From the NCBI GenBank assembly GCA_963729715.1, contig CAVSPA010000007.1:224001-288000 (forward strand): 64,000 bases of DNA, written 5' to 3'. This DNA is from an uncultured delta proteobacterium. GTDB lineage: Bacteria > Desulfobacterota > Syntrophia > Syntrophales > UBA2185. The notes beneath the pieces are model-generated. The model was given only the letters and a program-made list of their open reading frames with translations. It searched no databases and was not told where the DNA came from. Below, piece by piece: positions 27,081-37,656 of the stretch; the first letter of the stretch is position 1, and every line of letters starts with the position of its first letter. The position numbers and the translations under genes were made by a program.

Positions 27081-27272
27081 TTACTTTCTTGGGTGAGATT
27101 CGCGCCAGAGCATGCACGCAAGCCCTGCGAAGAACACAATTGCTATCGCGCTCACCCATAAGGGAATGTAAAGGCCATTGATGATGATCTCCCCTCCGAA
27201 GAGAACGCGGAGGAGATGCGCGAAGGCGATAAACGACAAGACCGCAACAGCGATAATCGTAAATGGCTTCAT
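27081..27272 (-). CDS. small two-TM membrane protein
   Basis: Two hydrophobic helices separated by AHLLR; GGGAG RBS. Confidence 0.6.
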   Translation of the reverse strand: MKPFTIIAVAVLSFIAFAHLLRVLFGGEIIINGLYIPLWVSAIAIVFFAGLACMLWRESHPRK

Positions 27273-27385
27273 ATCTCCCGCTCCAGCCTTAGAGAAAAGA
27301 TGCTAAAGAGATTCACCTACCTCTTTCCAGAAATGGAAACCCCGCTCCTTTACGAAACGGGGCTTCAATTTCTTCGAACCTTGCC

Positions 27386-28558
27386 TTAGACTCTCTCAAA
27401 GATAGTTGCCGGAGCCATTCCCCCGCCCGTACACAGCGAAACCAGGGCGTAGCGGGCCTTTCGCCTTATAAGCTCATTGATTGCCGTGACGGTCAGGCGG
27501 CAACCGGAATTGCCGACAGGATGGCCGAGGGCAAGGGCACCTCCGTTCACATTGAGTTTGCGCTGATCAGCTTTGAGCTCCTTCGCCCAGGCAAGTGGTA
27601 TGGGTGCAAAGGCCTCATTGATCTCGAAGATGTCGATCGCGTCCATAGAGAGGCCGGCCTTCGTGAGAACCTTGGGAGTAACATAAATGGGACCTGTCAG
27701 CATGATCTCCGGATTGGATCCGACGACGGCGTTTGCAACTAAGCGAACAAGAGGTTTCAGCTTCAACTCCTTCACCTTCTCTTCGCTCATGAGAACCACC
27801 GCAGACGCGCCGTCCGTGATGGTGCTCGATATGCCTGCCGTTATCCACTTGGTATTCGGCAGAACTTTGAGGGCATAAAGGCTCTCCTGGGTTGTATCCG
27901 GCCTGATGGGTTCGTCCGTGTCCCTCACTGTTTCGTTGCCGTCTTTATCGACACCCTTTATGGGCAGAATCTCATTCTTAAAATATCCATTTACAGTTGC
28001 CGCATGGGCCTTCTTGTGGCTTGCTATGGCAAACTCATGACACTCATCGCGCGTGATCGCCCACTTGTCAGCGATCATCTGTGCGGCTGCAATCTGATCG
28101 GGTTTGCCATACTTGCTTGTGTAGAATGCCCCGAAGGGATTACCCATGGGTTTCCCCGTATACAGGGTGCCGTTCAAATCAGAAAACATCCCGTACTTGG
28201 TCAAGAGCTCGCATCCGCTCGCGATCACCACGTCCATCGTACCGGAAACAATCATGCCGTGCGCAAGCTGCACGGCAGTGAGGCTGCTTCCACACTGGCG
28301 GTTCACAGAGACACCCGGAACCGTCAGGGGGAGTTTTGAGGCCAATACTCCCATGCGCGCCAGGGTGAAGCCCTGCTCGCCTATCTGATACACGGTGCCG
28401 GTAATTACATCATCCACAATTGCAGGATCAAGATCAATCCTGCGAACCGTTTCATTTAGCACGGCGCCCAGAAGTTCCGGGGCCGTCCAGTTCCTGAGAA
28501 ATCCATTCTGCCTGCCGATAGGAGTCCTCACGGCGCTCACGATAAAAACGTCTTTCAT
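27386..28558 (-). CDS. acetyl-CoA C-acyltransferase (thiolase)
   Basis: [31 protein letters not shown]. Confidence 0.93.
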   Translation of the reverse strand: MKDVFIVSAVRTPIGRQNGFLRNWTAPELLGAVLNETVRRIDLDPAIVDDVITGTVYQIGEQGFTLARMGVLASKLPLTVPGVSVNRQCGSSLTAVQLAHGMIVSGTMDVVIASGCELLTKYGMFSDLNGTLYTGKPMGNPFGAFYTSKYGKPDQIAAAQMIADKWAITRDECHEFAIASHKKAHAATVNGYFKNEILPIKGVDKDGNETVRDTDEPIRPDTTQESLYALKVLPNTKWITAGISSTITDGASAVVLMSEEKVKELKLKPLVRLVANAVVGSNPEIMLTGPIYVTPKVLTKAGLSMDAIDIFEINEAFAPIPLAWAKELKADQRKLNVNGGALALGHPVGNSGCRLTVTAINELIRRKARYALVSLCTGGGMAPATIFERV

Positions 28559-28609
28559 GATTTTCCTCTCACCCTCTTGATATCAGTCCCCATCCATTAG
28601 CAGGAACGT

Positions 28610-29467
28610 CTATTTTTTTGCGTAATCATAAACTCCTTTGCCCGTTTTCCTTCCGAAGCGTCCTGCCCTGACCAGCTTCACCAGCAGGGGCGCAGGGCGG
28701 TACTTATCGCCGAGTTCCCTGTGCAGACCCTCCATGACGTGAAGCAGAGTCTCATTACCCACAAGGTCCGACAGGGCCAGGGGGCCGATAGGATGATTGC
28801 AGCCCAGCATCATGCCCTTGTCTATATCCTCTGCACTGGCTATGCCTTCATCAAGGGCGAAGAAGGCCTCGTTAAGCATGACACAAAGAATTCTGTTCAC
28901 CGCAAAGGCGGGCGCTTCCTTTACCACGATTACTTCCTTGCCGATCTTTTTCCCCCATTCCTTGGCAATCGCCAGGGTCTCATCGGATGTTTCGTAGCCT
29001 CTGATGATCTCGAGCAGGCGCATCACCGGTACGGGATTGAAGAAATGGGTCCCGATAAACCTCTCCGGCCGCTTCGTAATAGCCGCCATCTCCGTGATGG
29101 AGAGACCCGATGTGTTGCTGAAAAAAAGGCACTGTGACGGCACTGTCTGCTCCAGTTCCTTGTACACCTGTTTCTTGACATTCATCACCTCGATGACCAC
29201 CTCTACGACGACATCTGCCTTGCCTGCCGCCTCTTTGAGATCGAGGGTCGGTTTTATTCTGCCCAGAATTGCGTCCATATTCTCTTGGGTCTTTTTCCCT
29301 TTTTCCACGTCGCGGCTCAGGTTCTTTTTGATCGTATTGATCCCTGCATCGATGAACCTCTGTTCTATGTCTCTCAGGGTAACCTGAAACCCTGCCTGGG
29401 CGCATACCTGCGCAATGCCGCTTCCCATCAAACCGGCTCCTAAAACGCAAACATTCTTAATCTCCAT
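28610..29467 (-). CDS. hbd: 3-hydroxybutyryl-CoA dehydrogenase
   Basis: [30 protein letters not shown]. Confidence 0.88.
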   Translation of the reverse strand: MEIKNVCVLGAGLMGSGIAQVCAQAGFQVTLRDIEQRFIDAGINTIKKNLSRDVEKGKKTQENMDAILGRIKPTLDLKEAAGKADVVVEVVIEVMNVKKQVYKELEQTVPSQCLFFSNTSGLSITEMAAITKRPERFIGTHFFNPVPVMRLLEIIRGYETSDETLAIAKEWGKKIGKEVIVVKEAPAFAVNRILCVMLNEAFFALDEGIASAEDIDKGMMLGCNHPIGPLALSDLVGNETLLHVMEGLHRELGDKYRPAPLLVKLVRAGRFGRKTGKGVYDYAKK

Positions 29468-29551
29468 ATTGGGTCTCCCTTTCTTATTCTAATATTTTCT
29501 GCACCGTGAAAACATATACAAAGTGCAACATTAATGGTGAATCACCTGATA

Positions 29552-31210
29552 CTATTTGCCGGCGAATATCCCTTTATAGCTCGCACGCATTTCCCTCTTG
29601 AGAATCTTTCCTGTCGGCGTCTTGGGAAGGGCATCGAGAAAGATTACTGCCTTAGGACACTTGAACTGGGCAAGTTCCTTCCGGCAGTGTTCCATAATCT
29701 CTTCCTGCGTAATTTTCTCGCCTTTCTTGGGAACGACCACGGCTGTTACCGCCTCAACCCACTTGGGATGCGGCAAACCGATGACGGCCACTTCCTGAAC
29801 TCTTTTATCCAGGTATATAGCCTCTTCCACTTCTCGCGTCGGGACATTTTCGCCGCCTGTTTTGATCATGTCTTTCTTCCGATCGGCAACGGTTATATAT
29901 CTATCTTCATCCATGACTCCGACATCGCCCGAATGGAACCAACCCCCCTTCATGGCTTCTTCCGTCTTCTCCGGATCCTTGAAATACATAGTCAATGCAT
30001 GGGGGCCCTTGCCGCAGATCTCTCCTGGGATACCCTGTTTATCAACGGGCTTAAACGCGTCGTCTTCGAGTCTCGTCTCCATGTTCAGACCGCCCATGCC
30101 TGCCGAACCAAGCTTGCTCAATGCATCCTTCGCCTTAAGAATTGTATGGTACGGCGCAAGTTCAGTCTGGCCGTAATAGTTGTAGATTCTGGTCCCCGGC
30201 AACCGCTCCATGAGTTCCTTTAGCACCTCGACGGGCATGATAGATGCGCCGTAGTAACACTTCTTGAGACTGGAGATGTCATACTTGCTAAAATCGGGAT
30301 GCCGCAAAATTCCGATCCAGACGGTCGGCGGTGCAAAGAAGAGCGTCGCTTTGTGGTCGGCAATGTTTTTGAGGATCTGACCGATATCAGGAGCTATCAA
30401 TACGTTTGTCCCCCCGACCCAGAAAATCGGGTTCATAAACACATCCCGCTGGGCGCAGTGATATATGGGAAGGGCATTGATAGATATGTCATCCTCATCG
30501 TACTGCCCGTCAATGATAGCCCCCATATACTGGGCCATCAAAGCCTGATTGCTAATGATAACGCCTTTCGGCAGTGTCTCCGTGCCACTCGTATAGGTCA
30601 TCTGCACGGGATCCTCGATATGAAGGATCGCCTCAGGTTCCTCCGCAGGATATTTTTTGTACCACGTATCAAAATCCCGGAATAGATCATTTGCAGGAGG
30701 TTTACCGGCGCCCTGATTGGACCATATCAATGTTTTGACGGTGGGCATATCATTGAGGACATCCTTCACTAGGTCATAGAGGCTGTCCTCCACGATAAAG
30801 ACCTTGCTCTCCGAGTGGTTTATACAGTAGGAGATATCCTTCCCCCTCAAGAGATAATTGATCGCCAGATATACGGCGCCTATCTTGGAGCATCCAAGCC
30901 AGGTCAAGACGTGGTGAATCGTGTTATGAGCCAGGATGGCGACACGGTCGTACTTCTGTATACCCAGCGCCGCGAGCGCATTGGCTGTCCGGTTGCACTC
31001 TGCTTCAAGCTGGGTATAAGTGAGCGTCTTATCCTGGAAGATCAGGGCCTTCTTATCAGGATAGTGGTAGCTGCTGCGTCGGATCATATCTGCAATGACC
31101 CAACGGTTAACATTGTTGTACCGATCCATGAGAAATTCGACATTCTCTTTATTCAGGGTGTGGTACCTTGCCTTCTCATTGTCCGTCAACGGTTTCCAGT
31201 TATCTGCCAT
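29552..31210 (-). CDS. acyl-CoA synthetase (AMP-forming)
   Basis: YTSGTETLPKG, YGQTE, GWFHSGD, DRKKDMIKTGGENV, LPKTPTGK. Confidence 0.92.
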   Translation of the reverse strand: MADNWKPLTDNEKARYHTLNKENVEFLMDRYNNVNRWVIADMIRRSSYHYPDKKALIFQDKTLTYTQLEAECNRTANALAALGIQKYDRVAILAHNTIHHVLTWLGCSKIGAVYLAINYLLRGKDISYCINHSESKVFIVEDSLYDLVKDVLNDMPTVKTLIWSNQGAGKPPANDLFRDFDTWYKKYPAEEPEAILHIEDPVQMTYTSGTETLPKGVIISNQALMAQYMGAIIDGQYDEDDISINALPIYHCAQRDVFMNPIFWVGGTNVLIAPDIGQILKNIADHKATLFFAPPTVWIGILRHPDFSKYDISSLKKCYYGASIMPVEVLKELMERLPGTRIYNYYGQTELAPYHTILKAKDALSKLGSAGMGGLNMETRLEDDAFKPVDKQGIPGEICGKGPHALTMYFKDPEKTEEAMKGGWFHSGDVGVMDEDRYITVADRKKDMIKTGGENVPTREVEEAIYLDKRVQEVAVIGLPHPKWVEAVTAVVVPKKGEKITQEEIMEHCRKELAQFKCPKAVIFLDALPKTPTGKILKREMRASYKGIFAGK

Positions 31211-31550
31211 ACTTTATTCCCTCCCTTTTTTCTTGACCCCTTTTAAAAAATCAATGGTGTGAGCCCAGGGCGCGCCCTGGAACCATTTTCGCAATCATTT
31301 GGGATATGAAACTAAAGACGTTATTTGCAATAACCGTGATTGTAAATTCGACCTGCCGTGAGACCTTCTACCATATTTTTACCTATACTTCTTTAGATTT
31401 TTTTGCAAAAAATTTTCCGGAGGCCACGATCCGAAAAGAAAAGCCCCGTCAGGAACTTTTTTATTTTGACACAGAATTTCATTCTTACTATACTTGAGCC
31501 TGTCAAAGACCGGATCCGCAAAAAGAATTCATGTCAAACGTTGGTGATTA

Positions 31551-32375
31551 ATGAGAGAGACCCTTGGCCAGTATTTAAGAAGGAAGCGGGAATCACACCT
31601 TATTTCACTGGAGGATATTGCCCAGGCCACCGGCATAAGCGTTCCTCTGATTAAGGCCTTGGAAGAAGACAATTTCCATGTCATCCCCCGGTCGGAGATG
31701 AGCATGAAATATTTAAGAAAATATGCCACGCATTTAAAATTAAACAAGAAAGACGTCGTGCATCGTTATGAGATGCAGTACGATCCTACTAATCAAACTA
31801 AACACTTGCCTCAATTATCCCTCTTCTCCTCGGGAAATACGTCTTACAAGCAAATAAAAGCCGAGAAGAGTCTTTTTCGGAAGCCTTCTTTCCAGGTCGT
31901 TCTCTGGTCAAGCGTCATCCTGTGGGCTCTCGTTTTCTTCTCCCTTTATGTCCACATTATGACGCCAAAGAAAGACACGCGTGAGAGTGGAGAGACACAT
32001 GTATCAAAGGACGTCAGGAAGGAAATTTCTCGTGAAAAAACTATACCCATGCCTTCCGTTGCTTCCAGGAAAATGGAGTCTTCACCCGACCAGGCCGGCG
32101 GCATTTTGGCGGACCGTCCCACTCAGAAGCCTTCTGCGCCTCCTCTACCTTTCAAGCACGAGGTGAAGCGCAAAGACAGTGCAAAGGAATTTGCCGCTCC
32201 GGCTTTAAATGTCCCGCCTTCACAAGGTAAGGCTAAGGTCATCGGAAACAGTGACAGCAAGAGGTATCACCTGCCCGGCATGAAATACTACCATAAGGTA
32301 AAGGCATATCATCAGGTGATATTCAATTCCGAGACGGAGGCTATAAAGGCGGGTTATATCAAGGCCCGGGAGTAA
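31551..32375 (+). CDS. RodZ-like HTH membrane protein with C-terminal Ada-like small domain
   Basis: LGQYLRRKRE...SLEDIAQATGIS...YLRKYA HTH; one TM; GNSDSKRYHLPG...FNSETEAIKAGY. Confidence 0.75.
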   Translation: MRETLGQYLRRKRESHLISLEDIAQATGISVPLIKALEEDNFHVIPRSEMSMKYLRKYATHLKLNKKDVVHRYEMQYDPTNQTKHLPQLSLFSSGNTSYKQIKAEKSLFRKPSFQVVLWSSVILWALVFFSLYVHIMTPKKDTRESGETHVSKDVRKEISREKTIPMPSVASRKMESSPDQAGGILADRPTQKPSAPPLPFKHEVKRKDSAKEFAAPALNVPPSQGKAKVIGNSDSKRYHLPGMKYYHKVKAYHQVIFNSETEAIKAGYIKARE

Positions 32376-32482
32376 ATCATTATCTATTCGAAGAACCAAT
32401 AATCTGCTTCCCCAGAGATGCGGATAACCTCTTGGGCGTCCAAGAAACTGTCCCTGCAAGGAGGCGAGGGCATCTCTATCAA

Positions 32483-33754
32483 TCAGTTAACTTCCATGAA
32501 CTTGCCGTCCTTCCACTCGCCGACGTATTTTTCGCCGGTGGGAAGCGTCAACGTCCCCTGTCCGTGATACTCGTCGTTTCTGAACTGACCCACATACTTT
32601 GCGCCGTTGGCAAAGTTTATCGTCCCCTGTCCGTTTTTCTTGCCGCTCTTATATTGACCCACATATTGACCGTCCGGCCTGGTCATAGTTCCTTGTCCCT
32701 GCAACATGCCACTTTCAAACTGGCCCACATATTCCCCGCCGTCAGGGTAGGTTATGGTCCCTTGCCCGTCAAAGAGACCGTTTTTCCACTGACCGACATA
32801 CGTCCTGCCATCGGGAAATGAGGCGGACCCCTGTCCTTCCAGGACACCGTCCTTAAACTGGCCTGTGTATTTTCTTCCATCGGAAAAAGTCAGCACGCCC
32901 TGCCCGTTCATTTTGTCATCCTTGAACTGGCCCTCGTAAGTTCTGCCGTCGGAGAATTTTATCATGCCCTTCCCGCTCATCGCGTCGTTCTTCCATTCAC
33001 AGACATACTCGGTGCCGTCGGGCAGCGTCAGAGTCCCGCGTCCATTCTTCTTGCCGTCTTTGAACTGCCCCACATATCTCTTGCCGCTGGGCTCGGTGAG
33101 AACGCCCTCTCCATTGATCTCGTTATCCTTGAATTGCCCTGTGTAGGATCTGCCGTCCTGAAGGGTCAGAACGCCCCTTCCCTCCCTCTTGTTATCTCTC
33201 CACTCACCGACATAGTGCATCCCGTCATCACCGGATATCGTCCCGTGCCCATGAAACAAATCATTCTTGAATTGCCCCACATAAGTCTTGCCGTCAGGAA
33301 AGGTCATAGTTCCTTGGCCGTTGAATTTGCCATTCTTGAACTGCCCGATGTATTTGACATTGTCCGGCAAGGCCATTGAGCCCTGGCCGTTAGGTTCGCC
33401 ATCCCTCCACTCACCAGTGTAATTTTTCCCGTTGGAAAAAATCATCGCCCCCTGCCCGCTGAACTCGCCGTTTCTGAATTGGCCGATATATTGTGCACCG
33501 TCCGGGAATGTCATTGTTCCCTGTCCGTCCATCTTGTTGCTCTTCCATTCACCGGAATAGCGCAAACCGCCGGGATAGCTCAGCGTTCCCTGTCCGTCCC
33601 ATTTTCCGTCTTTCCATTCCCCCACATAATTCATGCCGCCCGGATAGGTCATTGTACCCTGCCCGTCCATCATCATCTTCTTTTCCGGACTCATGCTTTT
33701 GGGAGATTTTTTTCCGGATAGCTTCGAAAAAAATTTGCTTAAAAAATGGGACAT
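32483..33754 (-). CDS. MORN-repeat protein (about 17 repeats)
   Basis: Tandem 23-aa units YxGxFKxGxxxGQGTxTxPDG. Confidence 0.92.
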   Translation of the reverse strand: MSHFLSKFFSKLSGKKSPKSMSPEKKMMMDGQGTMTYPGGMNYVGEWKDGKWDGQGTLSYPGGLRYSGEWKSNKMDGQGTMTFPDGAQYIGQFRNGEFSGQGAMIFSNGKNYTGEWRDGEPNGQGSMALPDNVKYIGQFKNGKFNGQGTMTFPDGKTYVGQFKNDLFHGHGTISGDDGMHYVGEWRDNKREGRGVLTLQDGRSYTGQFKDNEINGEGVLTEPSGKRYVGQFKDGKKNGRGTLTLPDGTEYVCEWKNDAMSGKGMIKFSDGRTYEGQFKDDKMNGQGVLTFSDGRKYTGQFKDGVLEGQGSASFPDGRTYVGQWKNGLFDGQGTITYPDGGEYVGQFESGMLQGQGTMTRPDGQYVGQYKSGKKNGQGTINFANGAKYVGQFRNDEYHGQGTLTLPTGEKYVGEWKDGKFMEVN

Positions 33755-33949
33755 CTTTTTATCCTCGCTTTCGCGGATACGAAAAGATATCTTTCAGACA
33801 TTCTCACATCCAAACGAAGCTCAACGATTTATCTCTGACAGGAACTCTTCTTGCGCTTTTAGGAAGTCTACGGAAAAGTAGGTTGTGTGTCAAGGGGAAA
33901 TGACCGCGGCATCGAGTACGCGTCTTGGCTGCCTTAACGGCAATGCTTT

Positions 33950-34435
33950 TTAAGGCTTTCGGCTCTTGGTCTTTTTTTTGTAATACTCGAGAGCCTCTTC
34001 AATCAAAGCGACAAAATGTTTCTGGTCTCTTTTTGCGGCTTTGTACTGACTGACTGTCATCTGCTTCTTGTATTCCATGTAGAATTGGTCTACCAAGTCC
34101 CTGTATTCATCCTCCTTCTCTATGGGCTCGGCATGCCTTTTCAGGCGCTGCTGCATGCACATCAGGACGAACTTGATCCCGGATACGAACTGCAATTTTT
34201 TCATCGCCGGTGAATCCGCATTGACGTATTTGGGACACCAGTTGGCGGGATCGCATGGCAGAAGGAGCTCTTTTCTCGCGGGATGAGAGGGATCGGAATT
34301 CTTCGCACGATCAGGATGCCGGCAATATTCGAGGGGAGAGACGGCTTGCTCTCTATCATCAGTGCGATGGGGACTATGATACCAGCAGTTTATACAATTC
34401 TCTTCTGGTCTTCGGAACGCAAGAATCTTAGCCAT
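33950..34435 (-). CDS. hypothetical protein with Cys-rich N-terminus
   Basis: CINCWYH...YCRHP...PCDP.NWCPKY; GGGAGG RBS. Confidence 0.65.
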   Translation of the reverse strand: MAKILAFRRPEENCINCWYHSPHRTDDREQAVSPLEYCRHPDRAKNSDPSHPARKELLLPCDPANWCPKYVNADSPAMKKLQFVSGIKFVLMCMQQRLKRHAEPIEKEDEYRDLVDQFYMEYKKQMTVSQYKAAKRDQKHFVALIEEALEYYKKKTKSRKP

Positions 34436-34446
34436 GGCCCTCCCGT

Positions 34447-35598
34447 CTATCTCGCACTCAATATCTCTCTTGCTATGATGAGCCGTTGAATCTCGGACGT
34501 CCCTCCGCCGATGGTCTGCAATTTCGCATCGCGCATCATCCGCTCCACGGGAAATTCTTTCATGTACCCATAGCCGCCCAGAATCTGTACCGCTTCCGAT
34601 GTGACCTTCATGGCAACTTCCGATGTGAAGAGCTTCGCATAAGCCGCAATCAGGTTCAGTTCCCGCTGGAGACCCCGATCCGCCATGATGGCCCCCTGGT
34701 ATGTGATCAGCCTGGAGAGTTCAATTCCCATCGACATATCGGCGAGTTTGCCCTGGATCAGCTGAAAAGCGGCGATGGGCTTGCCAAACTGAATTCTTTC
34801 TTTAGCATACTTGAGGGCACATGCGAAAGCCCCCCGGGAAATGCCGAGGGACAGGGCGCCGAGGAGAATCCTTTCCGTGTTGAGTCCGCTCATGAGAACG
34901 TCAACCCCCTTATTCTCCTCTCCCAACAGATTTTCCGCAGGCACCCGGCAATCCGCGAAAACCAGCTCCCCCGTGGGTGACCCCCGCCAGCCCATCTTCT
35001 CAAATTTCTTTCCTCGCGAAAAACCAGGGAATTCCTTCTCAACGATAAATGCCGAGACGCCGTGTGCTCCCTTTTCCGGCGATGTCTTTGCGTAAATCAC
35101 GAAGACATCCCCCACCGGCCCGTTGCTGATGAAAATCTTCGCTCCGTTCAAGATGAAAGAATCGCCCCTTCTCTCCGCCCGCAGCTTCATGGAAAGGACA
35201 TCGGATCCGGAAGACGGCTCCGTCATGGCAAGACCGCCGATCCTGCTCCCGTCACACAGGGGTGGCAGATATCTTTTCTTCTGTGCATGATTGGCGTTAC
35301 GGCGGATATTATCGACGCACAGATCCGAGTGAGCCCCCCAGGTCGCAGAAGTGGAACAGCACACTACACCGAGTTCCTCGCCGACAATGCACATCTCCGT
35401 GTAGCCGGCTCCTGCGCCGCCATATTCGGCGGGAACGGTAACACCCAACAAACCCATCTCGGCCAGCCTCTTGAAGCTTTCGGTGGGGAATCTTTCATCC
35501 CTATCTATTTCATAAGCGAGGGGCGCTACTTCTTTTTCCGCGAATGTCTTAACACTCTCGCGAAGCATTTTTTGCTCTTCCGTAAATTCCAGATACAT
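34447..35598 (-). CDS. acyl-CoA dehydrogenase (isovaleryl-CoA DH-like)
   Basis: WGAHSDLC, MTEPSSGSD, GLNTER, QILGGYGY, IGGGTSEI. Confidence 0.9.
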   Translation of the reverse strand: MYLEFTEEQKMLRESVKTFAEKEVAPLAYEIDRDERFPTESFKRLAEMGLLGVTVPAEYGGAGAGYTEMCIVGEELGVVCCSTSATWGAHSDLCVDNIRRNANHAQKKRYLPPLCDGSRIGGLAMTEPSSGSDVLSMKLRAERRGDSFILNGAKIFISNGPVGDVFVIYAKTSPEKGAHGVSAFIVEKEFPGFSRGKKFEKMGWRGSPTGELVFADCRVPAENLLGEENKGVDVLMSGLNTERILLGALSLGISRGAFACALKYAKERIQFGKPIAAFQLIQGKLADMSMGIELSRLITYQGAIMADRGLQRELNLIAAYAKLFTSEVAMKVTSEAVQILGGYGYMKEFPVERMMRDAKLQTIGGGTSEIQRLIIAREILSAR

Positions 35599-35635
35599 AT
35601 TTCCTCCGTGCCCACAGACCTTATGAGGTAGAAGC

Positions 35636-35675
35636 AAAAGAAAGAGGCATCCGCCAGTGGATGCCTCTTTCTTTT
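35636..35675. terminator. bidirectional terminator
   Basis: AAAAGAAAGAGGCATCC-N6-GGATGCCTCTTTCTTTT. Confidence 0.8.
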
Positions 35676-35682
35676 TTAAAAA

Positions 35683-37014
35683 CTAAAAAATCTTCTTCTT
35701 TATCAGTCCCCGCTCGCGGCCGGCCTTTTCCAGCTCTTCCCGGAATTTCGGGTGGGCGATCTTGATCAGTTCCACCGCCCGTTCCGGCTCCGACCTACCG
35801 TAGAGATCCGCAGCGCCGTATTCCGTGACCACGTATCCCGTATAATGGCGGGGCACAGTGACTCGCGCACCCTGTGCAATATAGGGAACGATTCTCGATA
35901 CGGTGTCGTTCATGGTCGTGGCAGGCACCAGATTGATCGCGCGGCCGCCCTTGGACCAGAAGGCGCCGATGACGAAGTCGAGCTGGCCGCCGGTCCCCGA
36001 TCTCATGATATTGCCGACGGACTCCGAGACAACCTGACCGGTGAGGTCCACTTCGATGGACCCGTTGATGGCCACGATGTTGTCCTCCTGTGCGATCACG
36101 GGGATGTAATTGGCATAGGAGGTCGGACGGAACTCGCACATGGGGTTGTTCGCTATCCAGTCATAGAGTTCCTTGTCACCCAGGGTAAAGGCCAGAACGA
36201 TCTTGCCGGGATTGACCTTTTTGTACTTGCAGGTGACAACGCCTTTTTCAACAAGCTTGTGGGTCCCGGCTGGCATCATCTCCGTATGTATGCCCATGTC
36301 TTTAAGTCCCGAATTTTCAAGAAGCTTGCTGATCATGGCCGGGACCGCGCCGATCCCTACCTGAATACAGTCCCTGTCCCTCAGGAGAGCCACCACGTTT
36401 TCGGCCATTTTAACCTCAAGGTCGGTGGCCGGGGGCGTGGGAACGGCGATAATGGGGTTGGGATTCTCGACGAAAGCGGTGAATCTCGAGACGTGAAAGT
36501 TCGTCTGGCCGTAGGTTCTCGGCATATTGGGATTTACTTCCCCTATTATCCACTCGCTCTGGTCCATAACGGCTTCTGTATAAAAGGTGTCCAGGCCAAG
36601 ATTGACGTAGCCGTGTTCGTCCGGAGGTGTGACCTGGGTGACGATGCCGGTCCGTCGTTTGTAAACGCGTTTTCTGTGCGCGTATTTTCGCCCGGCGTCG
36701 GAACTCTGGTATGGGATAAAGTTCGCCCATTCCGAGGCGGCCATCTGCTGCATATGCGGGGTGCTGTAAAATCCACTGAGGAATGTGAATGTATCCCTGT
36801 ATTCCGGCTTAAAAAGTTTGTAAGGTCTCAGGGTCAGGCACGTGATCCACTCCACATCTTTGAGTTCATCTTTCCTGTCTGCAATGGCGTCCGGAATAAG
36901 CATGGACGGCTGCCCCATCAGCAGCGGGAACCAGAAACAATCTCCTGACTGAAGGATCTTCGCGGCATCCTGCGCCGACATTACTCGACTCTTATAGTAG
37001 TCCCGCCAACTCAT
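35683..37014 (-). CDS. acetyl-CoA hydrolase/CoA-transferase (4-hydroxybutyrate CoA-transferase-like)
   Basis: PPDEHGY, QVGIGAVP, GIHTEM, SGTGGQLDF, VVTEYG, IAHPKFR. Confidence 0.9.
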   Translation of the reverse strand: MSWRDYYKSRVMSAQDAAKILQSGDCFWFPLLMGQPSMLIPDAIADRKDELKDVEWITCLTLRPYKLFKPEYRDTFTFLSGFYSTPHMQQMAASEWANFIPYQSSDAGRKYAHRKRVYKRRTGIVTQVTPPDEHGYVNLGLDTFYTEAVMDQSEWIIGEVNPNMPRTYGQTNFHVSRFTAFVENPNPIIAVPTPPATDLEVKMAENVVALLRDRDCIQVGIGAVPAMISKLLENSGLKDMGIHTEMMPAGTHKLVEKGVVTCKYKKVNPGKIVLAFTLGDKELYDWIANNPMCEFRPTSYANYIPVIAQEDNIVAINGSIEVDLTGQVVSESVGNIMRSGTGGQLDFVIGAFWSKGGRAINLVPATTMNDTVSRIVPYIAQGARVTVPRHYTGYVVTEYGAADLYGRSEPERAVELIKIAHPKFREELEKAGRERGLIKKKIF

Positions 37015-37174
37015 AATATTCCCCCTCTTTTCTCTATTACTATGTTTCGGTAAGGTTTCTTCTTATCCTGTTCTGCCGTCTCGGACCGACCTTTACGCAA
37101 TCACCACCTTTCTTACAATTTTTCTTCATGCACATACATGCTGTCGCCTGAAAAAGTAGGAAAGGCCGTCTTTC

Positions 37175-37639
37175 CTAAAGAGGCCTAAAGTACTTGATGT
37201 CCATTATGTGTCCTTTTCTGTCATCGTTCCAGACTGCCTCCACCTTCATCCCGCTCTTTATTGTTTTTTTGACCTCATCGAAATTGTTGAGATCGAAACC
37301 TCCCATGAGATGGAGGAAATTTACGTCCGTTCCGTTCAGCCTGATGAGCGACCCGATAAAGGGAGGTTCTGTGGGCATCCCGAAGTATTTATAATTTGTG
37401 TAGCACCAGGCAATTAACGTCCCTACCTGGGATACCTCCACCCACTCTTCCGCATCAACAAAGCAGCGCGGGCAAAAACTACGGGCCGGAACGAGGATAC
37501 GTCCACACTTGGTGCACTTCGTTCCATAGATGGTCTTATTCTTGAGACCTTCGAAAAAGCGTGTCCACGTGGCGCCGTATGCGAGTTCATACGGCAGGCG
37601 GATTTCTGTCTTGATCGTCTTGTATTCTTTCGCTTCCAT
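37175..37639 (-). CDS. DUF35 Zn-ribbon/OB-fold acyl-CoA-binding protein
   Basis: GTKCTKCGR..VPARSFCPRC. Confidence 0.88.
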   Translation of the reverse strand: MEAKEYKTIKTEIRLPYELAYGATWTRFFEGLKNKTIYGTKCTKCGRILVPARSFCPRCFVDAEEWVEVSQVGTLIAWCYTNYKYFGMPTEPPFIGSLIRLNGTDVNFLHLMGGFDLNNFDEVKKTIKSGMKVEAVWNDDRKGHIMDIKYFRPL

Positions 37640-37656
37640 ATCTTCCTCCATATTTC

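Noticed and set aside
31326..31342. Sigma54-like promoter on the minus strand (AATCACGGTTATTGCA)
   Set aside because: Lacks the invariant GG at -24
32483..33700. 69-bp periodic DNA repeat as a non-coding array
   Set aside because: Fully explained by MORN repeat coding
35752..36948. 398-aa + strand ORF
   Set aside because: Antisense shadow of the CoA-transferase; no recognisable motifs
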